Below are positions 39,141 to 47,581 of a DNA stretch of 48,538 bases, piece after piece. Numbering within the stretch: position 1 is the first letter of the stretch; each line of letters starts with the position of its first letter. The position numbers and the translations under genes were made by a program. The stretch is from positions 1-48,538 of the forward strand of contig JABLTI010000030.1 of NCBI GenBank assembly GCA_013166835.1, given 5' to 3'. Source of the stretch: Promethearchaeati archaeon (GTDB taxonomy: Archaea > Asgardarchaeota > Heimdallarchaeia > JABLTI01). The notes under the pieces were generated by a model. That model worked only from the letters and a program-made list of their open reading frames with translations. It made no database searches and was not told where the DNA came from.

Positions 39141-39530
39141 TTATTTCTCCTTTCTTTCTTCTACTAAATCTTCAATAAATTTCTCTCTTTCTTCATTTGT
39201 TAGTGTTCTATCCAAATAAATCCATTTCTTTGAACGCCAACCACAATCTAAGCAAACACAAACTGGGTACCCAGAATTTATCCCCATTCCTGTTAAGATA
39301 TCCTCAACTTTTACTCGTAAACTATAGCATCTTGGACAAATTCTTATGTCTGGTCCTCCCTTCTGATTTATTTTATTGAGCTCTTCAACTAATAATCCGA
39401 TTTTGACAACATTCTCTTCAATTTCCTTTTCAAGTTCAACTTCTTCCTCAACAACTTCCTCTGTTTCCTCGATCAGCTTTGACTTTCCCTCGCCATTCTC
39501 TTTCTCATTATTTTCTGTCAAAATGTTCAC
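39141..39530 (-). CDS. Small acidic zinc-ribbon protein
   Basis: E-rich N-terminus, CPRC..CLDCGW. Confidence 0.7.
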   Translation of the reverse strand: MNILTENNEKENGEGKSKLIEETEEVVEEEVELEKEIEENVVKIGLLVEELNKINQKGGPDIRICPRCYSLRVKVEDILTGMGINSGYPVCVCLDCGWRSKKWIYLDRTLTNEEREKFIEDLVEERKEK

Positions 39531-39734
39531 TTCTGATGATTACAATCTATTCTTTCTTATCATAATTAAAATGTTTTAGATTTATTTCATAAAATTGCTC
39601 TCTTTCTTCCTTTAGATCGCTTCCTTACGAGTACTTTTTTGTCCCAAGACTTATTTTTTACTTTAATAGTTATCTAATATTTTAGGCATTGCCAAATACA
39701 AAAGATTTTTATCGCTTTGACGAGTGATGTTTGA

Positions 39735-39770
39735 ATTACGTAATATGTTGGGCGCGACAAATTACGTAAT
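39735..39770. promoter_or_regulatory. Twin palindromes ATTACGTAAT (operator pair or long leader hairpin)
   Basis: Exact 10-bp palindromes at 39735-39744 and 39761-39770 separated by a self-complementary spacer (TGTTG-ggcg-CGACA). Confidence 0.5.
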
Positions 39771-39802
39771 CGGAAGAGTGCACGAGGAGGTCTCTTAGAA
39801 GA

Positions 39803-40174
39803 TTGGATAGAATAGGCTTAACTGATGCCGAGGTAAAACAGAAGATAGAAGATTATCTTAACAAACGTGGCGTGAAATATCGAAGAAATGTTGCTTTTGG
39901 AAACAAGAAGAAATTAAATTACTTATTTAAAAACGATCATGGAGAAGTCGTCGGAGTGTATGTACTTCTTTGGAGGAGACCTGTTACTTACAAAACTATA
40001 TTTGATTTGATTGACTGGTCAAAAGGAGAGGATATTCACAAACTCATCTTGGTTTGTAGAATTATGGGTGAGCGTGCTCGTGAAGTTATAAATAAAGAAC
40101 CTAGTAATGTTTCGTATATCCTAGAATCTTGGTTCCGACGTAGTAGTCATAATCCATTACTAGCAGCATTCTAA
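39803..40174 (+). CDS. Restriction-endonuclease-fold protein, probably inactive; resembles the RPB5 N-terminal domain
   Basis: Helix-strand pattern of the Mrr/PD-(D/E)XK fold without the catalytic D and ExK residues; VTYKTI..EDIHKLILV..M..RA..YILES; GAGGAGG upstream. Confidence 0.6.
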   Translation: MDRIGLTDAEVKQKIEDYLNKRGVKYRRNVAFGNKKKLNYLFKNDHGEVVGVYVLLWRRPVTYKTIFDLIDWSKGEDIHKLILVCRIMGERAREVINKEPSNVSYILESWFRRSSHNPLLAAF

Positions 40175-40178
40175 TTTT

Positions 40179-40210
40179 GAGGAATATTCCTCTTTTACTT
40201 TTTTTTTCTT
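40179..40210 (+). terminator. Hairpin plus T-tract terminator
   Basis: GAGGA-atat-TCCTC followed by a long T-run. Confidence 0.6.
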
Positions 40211-40247
40211 TGAAAGCTTTCTCGAGTAATATTTAGGATTATTATAT

Positions 40248-40727
40248 TTATTCGAATAATCTGCGAACAAGTTTAGTTGTTTCGTTATTTTCATCATATG
40301 TGACTAATCCATTATTTCGCAAATCAAAGATTGCTCGTAATGTTGCGGCAGGTTGTATTCCACTTGCCATAGAAAGCTCATTTTTAGTCATCTCTTCTTT
40401 TTTACCATGGAGAAGTGTCAATAATTTTATGTGTGCACTACCATCAAGAACTTGTTCTGTTAATATCACATAGAGCCTCATGACTTCTTGTATGTCAATT
40501 TCAACATCTTTCTGACCTTTTAATTCCTCATATACTGAAGAAAGCTCAGACATTTCGTCTTCCATTTTCTTTAATTTTTCAGCTGCAGATGTTTTTTCTT
40601 TAGCTAATTTACTTGCTTTATCTTTTGCTTTCGAAATATCTTCTTCATATTTCGCAACTTTAGTTTCCAATTCATTAATATAATCCTGAATATCTTTTAT
40701 AGCTCCTTCAACTTTAGTATCAACCAA
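40248..40727 (-). CDS. Coiled-coil protein with C-terminal winged helix
   Basis: Heptad-rich residues about 5-72; C-terminal pattern KLLTLLH..MTKNELSMASGI..TLRAIFDL...GLVTYD. Confidence 0.75.
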   Translation of the reverse strand: MVDTKVEGAIKDIQDYINELETKVAKYEEDISKAKDKASKLAKEKTSAAEKLKKMEDEMSELSSVYEELKGQKDVEIDIQEVMRLYVILTEQVLDGSAHIKLLTLLHGKKEEMTKNELSMASGIQPAATLRAIFDLRNNGLVTYDENNETTKLVRRLFE

Positions 40728-40914
40728 TGTTAAACCTCATATTTATATTAAAAAAAACATTATAAAATTTATTCGGTCGTCTTTTTTTTTGTAAAATACA
40801 TAATCGATACGAAAAATAGTTTTATATTTAGAAAGAAAACAAAAAGAATCTTGCCGAAAGACTTTAAAATGTCTTTAATCGGTTTCCTATTTATTGCTGT
40901 TGAGGTTTCCTTAC

Positions 40915-41199
40915 ATGTCTAAGAAAATTGACGTAAAAGAAGAGATTATCGCTGATACCATCGTCGTTGGTCCTCCAAAATTAACAAGGTTTGAAAAAGC
41001 ACGAATTATTGGTGCAAGAGGTTTACAAATTTCTCTTGGTGCTCCCATTTTAATACGAATCAAGAAAGACATATCTGATCCTATCATAATTGCTGAAGAA
41101 GAGCTAAGAAAAAATGTTTTGCCTTTAACAGTTGCACGTCTTCTTCCCGATGGCAAGTATCAAAATATACCTTTAAGCTGGTTGATAAAAGGGGTTTAA
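40915..41199 (+). CDS. rpoK: DNA-directed RNA polymerase subunit K (Rpo6)
   Basis: [38 protein letters not shown]; GAGGT upstream of ATG 40915. Confidence 0.96.
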   Translation: MSKKIDVKEEIIADTIVVGPPKLTRFEKARIIGARGLQISLGAPILIRIKKDISDPIIIAEEELRKNVLPLTVARLLPDGKYQNIPLSWLIKGV

Positions 41200-41206
41200 A
41201 ATAGCG

Positions 41207-41224
41207 TCTGAGATTTTTCTCAGA
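41207..41224. terminator. Hairpin between convergent genes
   Basis: TCTGAGA-tttt-TCTCAGA. Confidence 0.45.
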
Positions 41225-41237
41225 AGCGACTTTATTG

Positions 41238-42593
41238 TTAATTTTCATATTCAATTGGTTCTCGAACATTAGGTAATTTAACTTCTCTTCCATTTTCTAA
41301 ATCCTTTTTAAGAGATTCACCAGCTTCTTCTGATCCATGAACTAATAAAATATTCTTACTGTTAATTGCCTTTAGCATTTTTATTAATTCATTTCTTTGT
41401 GCATGTCCTGAGAATTGAAATTGCTTTACTTCTGCATTAATTTCTGTTTTGAAGCCTTTCTTATCTCCCCAACTAAATAGTGTCACATCTTTTGCTCCTT
41501 CAAGAATTTGTCTACCTATGGTTTCTTCAACTTGATATCCCGAAATTGCTATCAAGTTATGAGGATTGCCTGCAGCGTGATTAAGGTATGAATGGATTGG
41601 TCCTCCTTCCATCATTCCAGAAGTTGAGAGTATAATATTGGGTTTTTTCTCAGAAACTATCATTTTTCTATATGTATCAAGATTATCTGCAAGATTTCTA
41701 GATACTGGTATAAAATTCTTTAAATCGAATGGAACTTCTACTTTGTAATCTCTACACCAATTAAGAATTTTCTTTGATATCCAGTATTCATGAAAATACA
41801 TACGATAAATTTCATTCATTTTCAGAATCATACCATCAATAAAAATCCTAAATTCTTTGTTCAAAAACTCTTTCGCAAGAATAGCTTCAATTTCCTGTGC
41901 TCGTCCCAAAGCAAATGTTGGTATAATTGTAATTCCACCTCTTTGATACGTCTTGTAAATAGCTTCAACTATAGACTCATTTGGAATTTCACGATTGGGT
42001 AAATCTCTAAGACCATTGGTTGATTCTGAGATTAATATAGAGATATCTTCTATGGTTGGGTACTTGTTTGTATCATGGTATGGTGTAGCAAAAGTATTGA
42101 TATCTCCAGTGTAAAAGATAAGTTGACCTTTCCAATCTAGAAGAATACTGGCTGAACCCAAAATATGCCCCGCATCAAAATAAGTTGCAGTGACCCCATC
42201 AGCTATTTTGAATTTTTGATCATAATAATGACTCTTTATAGCACGAAGAGTTTCATACATATCATCTTCATTCCAATGACGTGCTCCTTCAATTTTCAGA
42301 TGATCTCTCCATAGTATAGCTGCAATATCTTTAGTAGGATGAGTCATATGAATATCCTTACAACCTTCTCGAACCATTCTAGGTATATATCCCGTGTGAT
42401 CAAAATGAGCGTGAGAAATAACCATACTTTGTATTTCTGGTGCGTGTTTCAATAATCCTAAAGGAGCTTCAGTTGGTTCTTTTGGTCTAATTTTTAATCC
42501 ACAATCTAGTAGAATTTTTGTATCTTTATCTTCAACGAGAATAGCACTTTTTCCGATTTCTTTCGCAGCGCCAAATGCAGTTATTTTAATCAA
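41238..42593 (-). CDS. MBL-fold beta-CASP ribonuclease (aCPSF2-like, no KH domains)
   Basis: GAAKEIGKS, LDCG, SHAHFDH, AGHILGS, YTGD, FALGRAQE, SGMMEGG, GYQ, FSGHA, LVHG. Confidence 0.92.
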   Translation of the reverse strand: MIKITAFGAAKEIGKSAILVEDKDTKILLDCGLKIRPKEPTEAPLGLLKHAPEIQSMVISHAHFDHTGYIPRMVREGCKDIHMTHPTKDIAAILWRDHLKIEGARHWNEDDMYETLRAIKSHYYDQKFKIADGVTATYFDAGHILGSASILLDWKGQLIFYTGDINTFATPYHDTNKYPTIEDISILISESTNGLRDLPNREIPNESIVEAIYKTYQRGGITIIPTFALGRAQEIEAILAKEFLNKEFRIFIDGMILKMNEIYRMYFHEYWISKKILNWCRDYKVEVPFDLKNFIPVSRNLADNLDTYRKMIVSEKKPNIILSTSGMMEGGPIHSYLNHAAGNPHNLIAISGYQVEETIGRQILEGAKDVTLFSWGDKKGFKTEINAEVKQFQFSGHAQRNELIKMLKAINSKNILLVHGSEEAGESLKKDLENGREVKLPNVREPIEYEN

Positions 42594-42871
42594 ATAGGTT
42601 CACTACCAAATCCAATTTATTTTTGTTTATAAGCTTTCTTACAACCATCTGACAAGTTTTCTAATGTTAAGAAAAGTGTTTCTATATAATTAATAACCCT
42701 ATTATACAAATCTATTGTCTTTGGCATCCCAAATATGGCATATAGTTGCTTTCAATTTTGAAATGAAAGGTTTAATTTACTGAAGAAACATGTTATTAAT
42801 AATTAATAGAATACTTTCATTTGAAAAGCTAAATAAAAGTAGTCTTCTCAAAGATACATGAGGTTATTTCC

Positions 42872-43561
42872 TTGAGTGACAAAGATAAAGTTAGTGATGC
42901 TTACAAAAAATTTGCCGAAGATCTAGAAGAAATTGAAGAAAAGGATAAAGAAAAACGAAAAGAGGTTTTACAGAAAGGAGTTCTTGATCTTGAGCAAAAA
43001 TACAGGGATGAAATAAAGGGAACTCGAGTTATGGATGAACGACTTGTAAAACTTCGGAAAGAAGCGGGAATGCCTGAATTAATTGGCATCGGGGATAAAG
43101 TACAGAGAAAGAGATTCAAAGATAAAGATAAGTATGATCAATTCTTAGCTAAAGAAGTATTAGAAGTTGGTATAGAAGAAAGTAGTGGTTTTGGTGGGAT
43201 AATGGTCTATTCTGATTTTTGCACTATGTTTGCAAATAAAAGACCAAACTGGGATGCTCCTAAAAAAGAGATTAAAAAAGCGCTAGAATATTTAGCTGAA
43301 TCCGGTTTAATTCCAAAAATGCAAAAAATGAAGAATAAAGCATTGCTAATTACTTTCAAACCCGCGGAATTGGAATCTGATGTGTTAACAATACTAAGTA
43401 TTGCTTCTGTAAATGGATTAACTAGTTATGAAGAAGTTGCTACTCTAACCGGCTGGCAAAAAGTAAGAATTGAAGTAGCTCTAGCTTCTTTAGTAGATCA
43501 CGAAATAGCTTACATAGATAAAAAAGATAAAACCTATTTCTTCCCAAGTCTGAAGAAATAG
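42872..43561 (+). CDS. ESCRT-II Vps22/EAP30 (SNF8)-like protein
   Basis: Collinear match to recalled SNF8 motifs: KYRDEIK, GGIM, PAELESD..ILSIA..NG, GW...R...AL..L, AYID, YFFPSL; N-terminal helices plus two winged helices. Confidence 0.85.
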   Translation: MSDKDKVSDAYKKFAEDLEEIEEKDKEKRKEVLQKGVLDLEQKYRDEIKGTRVMDERLVKLRKEAGMPELIGIGDKVQRKRFKDKDKYDQFLAKEVLEVGIEESSGFGGIMVYSDFCTMFANKRPNWDAPKKEIKKALEYLAESGLIPKMQKMKNKALLITFKPAELESDVLTILSIASVNGLTSYEEVATLTGWQKVRIEVALASLVDHEIAYIDKKDKTYFFPSLKK

Positions 43562-43658
43562 TTATCATTTTTCTTAAGAGCTCTCTTTTCAACGTTTGGC
43601 AAAAAGTTATAAGTAAATTTTTTTTCTGGTTGCGCAGTGAAGTAATCGGAAGTGGAAA

Positions 43659-44891
43659 TTGGTGAAGCGAATCCTTATTGTAGACTATATTGTTGGTGGT
43701 GGTTTTGCAGAAGAAGATCTTCCAGTCAATATTCTTGCTGAAGGATATTCCATTCTAAGATCATGCATTGAACAATTTGCACAATTAGGTTTTAAAATTG
43801 CTACATTAATAGATCATCGATTAATGCAGCACATTCGTATTTCCCCGATTCATGAATTCAAATCAGTTTCCAGTCATGAGGATTTTGTTAGTGGGATAAA
43901 AGCTTTCGCTGACCAGGTTGATTATGCCCTTACTTTAGCTCCAGAATCTAAGGGTATCCTGAAAGACCTCTCATCTATAATTGTGAATTCACAAGCAATC
44001 TTCTTGGGAAGTAATCCTGATTCTATAGAACAAGCCGGTGACAAATTAAAGACAATGAATTTGGCGAAAGAATTAGATCTAAATGTTCCTGCAACATTCT
44101 CACCTTCAAACAATGATTCCTTTGATAATATCCAGAGTGAAGTTGATGTTTTAGGATATCCATTAATTGTTAAACCAATAGATGGTGTAGGTTGTCAGGG
44201 TCTTACAAAAGTGACAAAACCTAATGACTTAAGATTTGGTTTGCAAGCAGCTCATGCAGTAACTAGCATGGATAATTGCATTGTTCAAGAGTTTATAAAA
44301 GGCACTCCAATAAGTACAAGTCTATTAGTAAATGATGATAAAGCCGTTCCAATATCAATCAATCATCAGAATCTTCGGTTGGATTCAATGAAGAAATCTG
44401 GGGATTATTTAGGTGGAGAAGTTCCATACAGTATTCCAAAGTACAATAATGAGATAATTGAAACATCAGTTAAACTTGTAGAACAAATGAATCTCAATGG
44501 ATTTATTGGTGTGGATTTAGTAGTTGGCGAAGATGGAGTGTTTGTTATTGAAGTTAATCCAAGAGTTACCGTTCCCTTTATAGCTATTAATGAATTAGCA
44601 AACAGAAACGTTGCCAAAGAATTGATAGAAATTGTGGAAAAAGGAAAGATAACTGGAGAAATTAAGTTAAATGGTTATGCTACTTTCTCTAAAATTACTG
44701 TTCCATCAACTTTTAACAAAATTGCTAGATTTGAAAGAGCAGCAATTATAGATGGTGTACTTAGCCCGCCCTTCCCTGTTGGGAATAATTCTCATTCCTA
44801 TACTCTCTTAATGGGTTTAGGTGCAACAATTGAAATGGCAAGAAAGAATTTTCGAAATATCAAAAATGAAGTTTTGAAAAATCTTTCATGA
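43659..44891 (+). CDS. ATP-grasp protein, MfnD/COG1821-like (tyramine-glutamate ligase family)
   Basis: YIVGGG..ILAEG, LAPE..GIL, AGDK, VKPIDGVGC, QEFIKG, YLGG, GFIGVD, IEVNPRVT. Confidence 0.8.
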   Translation: MVKRILIVDYIVGGGFAEEDLPVNILAEGYSILRSCIEQFAQLGFKIATLIDHRLMQHIRISPIHEFKSVSSHEDFVSGIKAFADQVDYALTLAPESKGILKDLSSIIVNSQAIFLGSNPDSIEQAGDKLKTMNLAKELDLNVPATFSPSNNDSFDNIQSEVDVLGYPLIVKPIDGVGCQGLTKVTKPNDLRFGLQAAHAVTSMDNCIVQEFIKGTPISTSLLVNDDKAVPISINHQNLRLDSMKKSGDYLGGEVPYSIPKYNNEIIETSVKLVEQMNLNGFIGVDLVVGEDGVFVIEVNPRVTVPFIAINELANRNVAKELIEIVEKGKITGEIKLNGYATFSKITVPSTFNKIARFERAAIIDGVLSPPFPVGNNSHSYTLLMGLGATIEMARKNFRNIKNEVLKNLS

Positions 44892-44975
44892 AAAAAACAT
44901 TAGTCTTTACGTTCTTTTCTTAATTAGAAGTTAAGAAGAATTGTTGGTTGAAGACAAAATAAAAAAACAAAAATT

Positions 44976-45218
44976 CTATAATTGGGTTGCTCCACCAACA
45001 GCTAGTTTTTCGATGACTTGAACCTTGCCATCTTTAATTTGTACCATTATACTTGTAACATAACCAGCGATTCTATTTCTCATTCGTTTGGACATCACAT
45101 TTGTCAATTTATTGACAAGTATTTTGTTTTGTTCGAAATCAGTTGAGAGATGCTGGTGATATTTGGCTACTAATTCCTTTGCGGTTCGTTTAATTTTCTG
45201 AGATCGAATATTACCCAT
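44976..45218 (-). CDS. rps17e: 30S ribosomal protein S17e
   Basis: MGNIR...IKRTA, DFEQNK, SKRMRNRIAGYVT; GGAGG upstream of ATG 45218. Confidence 0.96.
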   Translation of the reverse strand: MGNIRSQKIKRTAKELVAKYHQHLSTDFEQNKILVNKLTNVMSKRMRNRIAGYVTSIMVQIKDGKVQVIEKLAVGGATQL

Positions 45219-45573
45219 TGGGTTTTCCTCCATTGAGTTAAATGACTTGCCCTTTTAGGCTGTTAATAAATCTTCTTAATTATCTCTTTATTCATTGAGA
45301 AAGTGAAAATTAGTCTATCTTTTGTATACTGTAATTTTCATTTTTTCTATTTGATATTTCAGATAATTTTCGTTATCCATCAAAGACCTTAAATAATCTC
45401 TGTTCTGGGTAAAATTAATTCCGAGAATATGGGTAAACCTTTTGAAGAAACCTTTTCTTCGAAAGGGTGGAAACTTTAAAAACATTAATAATTTAGAGGC
45501 AGTTAACTGATAAAACAAATCAAGTTAACAAAATTCAATATTTGGCTATTAATCTAAATCTAGGTGAAAGATA

Positions 45574-47367
45574 TTGAAAATACATTCAAAGAAACTTACA
45601 ACTATGGCACTAATCTTATTGGTTTTACCATTCGTTTCATTAGTGTCATTACAAATAAAAGATGCAGCTGCTGAGAGTCCCACAATGACTATTCTTGAGG
45701 TGACTTCTAACATTAGTTACCAAATTGAAGTTTCTGTTGAGATCACATTAACAGGATTCAATTATGATCTTTATACTGAATTTTTGAGATTATATCTTAA
45801 TCAATCCACTGCTACTATTTTAGCAAATGATTATGATGGTTTCAATGCATCTAAAACTTTCAGTAGACAAGATGATGCTACTTTTGAAGCTCAAGTACTT
45901 TCACCAGTATTATATAATGGTTCACATTTAGATTCCGCCAATTATAACGTAACTGTTATTGCTATTACAAATACTGATGAAAAAAGCACTCTAATTGAAT
46001 GGTCTGGTGGGTATATCTTCATAGATACAGATTTACCAGATATTACTTACATTCATCCAAGTGTTGCTCTTGAAGAAATTTGGGGTATTTATACTGTAGA
46101 AACAAATATTGTAGATACTTCAGATATTAGTTTGGTTGAATTCTTTATAGACAACAATTTAAGATATCAAATCGATGATCCTTTTCCAGGACAAACAAGT
46201 TTCACCTGGGATTGGCTTAGTTCACAAGATGATAAAGGCGTTCGCTCTGTTAAAGTAAAAGCTACAGATAACAGCTCTGCATTTAATGTAGAAGAGCTAT
46301 CTTTCTCTGTTACAGTCGTTGGACCAGAAATGAGTTATCTCGATCCAATTCCAGCAACTATTGATTTTAACAATACATTAAAACTCAATCTTACAGTCAC
46401 TGATGCGTTCTTTGAGATTGATTCAGTTTATACAAATTATTCCATTGATGACGGTCCTTGGGTTTTCACAAAAATGGAGAATCTAACAGTAGATCAATTT
46501 AATTATACTTTCTCCAGTTATCCGATTGGGTCCAAAATCAACTGGGAGATTTTTGCAAATAACACTGATGGTCAGTACCACATATTCCGAACAGCTGCCC
46601 TTGAGCCATGGGAAATATTTTCTGTACATTGGGATCATATTAACCCAACGGGAGAAGTAAACCATGATTATCAATTGACTATAGATGATGAAATATTCGT
46701 CTTTCTGAATGTAACAGAACAATCCCCCCTAGACTTGTGCAATATTAATTACAGAGTCGATGAAGGAGACTGGCAAGAAGTAGCAATGGTTCTAAATGAA
46801 ACCGGGGTAAATAATACCTGGTACGAATACAAGCATTATTTCACTGATAGCTATCCTATCTTTACTTACATTGAGTTTTACATTTGGTTAAATGATTCAG
46901 GAAATAATATCTTAAGACTGGATAATAATGGAGATTACTATTCAATTAAAATCATCCCGCATGATCTTGTAGCTCCCATTCTAACAATAGATGTAATGCC
47001 AGAAACAATAACAACACTGCAGAACATTACAGTTACAGTAACTATCAATGAAACAAGTAATCTGCTGTCCGTGGATGTCCTATACAGAGTTCAAAGCACG
47101 CAGTACTCTATAGCAATGAACCAAATTGGGAGTGATACTTGGACAGCCAGTTTTGTAGTCATTGCAACAACTGGAGATACCGTTGAAATCTGGGTTAGAG
47201 CAATTGATGAATATTACAATACTGCGGAAACCGATGTTGAAGATTTCGTTGTGGTAGCAGAAGAAGCTGGAGTAACTCACAGTAATTTCTTATTATGGTT
47301 GATGTTAATTGTTCTAATTATTTTACCAATAGTTATTACTTTGTTAATCCTAAGACCACAAAGATAA
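45574..47367 (+). CDS. Cell-surface glycoprotein with tandem Ig-like domains and C-terminal TM anchor
   Basis: Signal peptide, acidic beta-rich repeats (VKATDN, FANNTDG, WLNDSGNN, RAIDEYYN), many N-x-S/T sequons, C-terminal TM. Confidence 0.8.
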   Translation: MKIHSKKLTTMALILLVLPFVSLVSLQIKDAAAESPTMTILEVTSNISYQIEVSVEITLTGFNYDLYTEFLRLYLNQSTATILANDYDGFNASKTFSRQDDATFEAQVLSPVLYNGSHLDSANYNVTVIAITNTDEKSTLIEWSGGYIFIDTDLPDITYIHPSVALEEIWGIYTVETNIVDTSDISLVEFFIDNNLRYQIDDPFPGQTSFTWDWLSSQDDKGVRSVKVKATDNSSAFNVEELSFSVTVVGPEMSYLDPIPATIDFNNTLKLNLTVTDAFFEIDSVYTNYSIDDGPWVFTKMENLTVDQFNYTFSSYPIGSKINWEIFANNTDGQYHIFRTAALEPWEIFSVHWDHINPTGEVNHDYQLTIDDEIFVFLNVTEQSPLDLCNINYRVDEGDWQEVAMVLNETGVNNTWYEYKHYFTDSYPIFTYIEFYIWLNDSGNNILRLDNNGDYYSIKIIPHDLVAPILTIDVMPETITTLQNITVTVTINETSNLLSVDVLYRVQSTQYSIAMNQIGSDTWTASFVVIATTGDTVEIWVRAIDEYYNTAETDVEDFVVVAEEAGVTHSNFLLWLMLIVLIILPIVITLLILRPQR

Positions 47368-47374
47368 AATGAAT

Positions 47375-47410
47375 GCTCCCCATAGCAGGGGCCTTCTATC
47401 TCTTTTTTTT
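47375..47410 (+). terminator. Hairpin plus T-tract terminator
   Basis: GCTCC-ccatagca-GGGGC, then a pyrimidine run ending in T8. Confidence 0.5.
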
Positions 47411-47581
47411 AATTAGAGTTGCTCTTTTAGTAATCTTTGTTTAATTAAAAAGTCAATCAGGAATAATAAGAAATCTTTCACAAATAAATCGTATATAATA
47501 TATATGGTTCTGAGAAATTATGCGAATTCATTCTCAGAAATATGAGAAACCTTAAAACTGCCTAAAAGAAGAAGAAATATT

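Noticed and set aside
45315-45518. 67-aa minus-strand ORF upstream of rps17e
   Set aside because: No SD or motif; lies in an AT-rich divergent promoter region.
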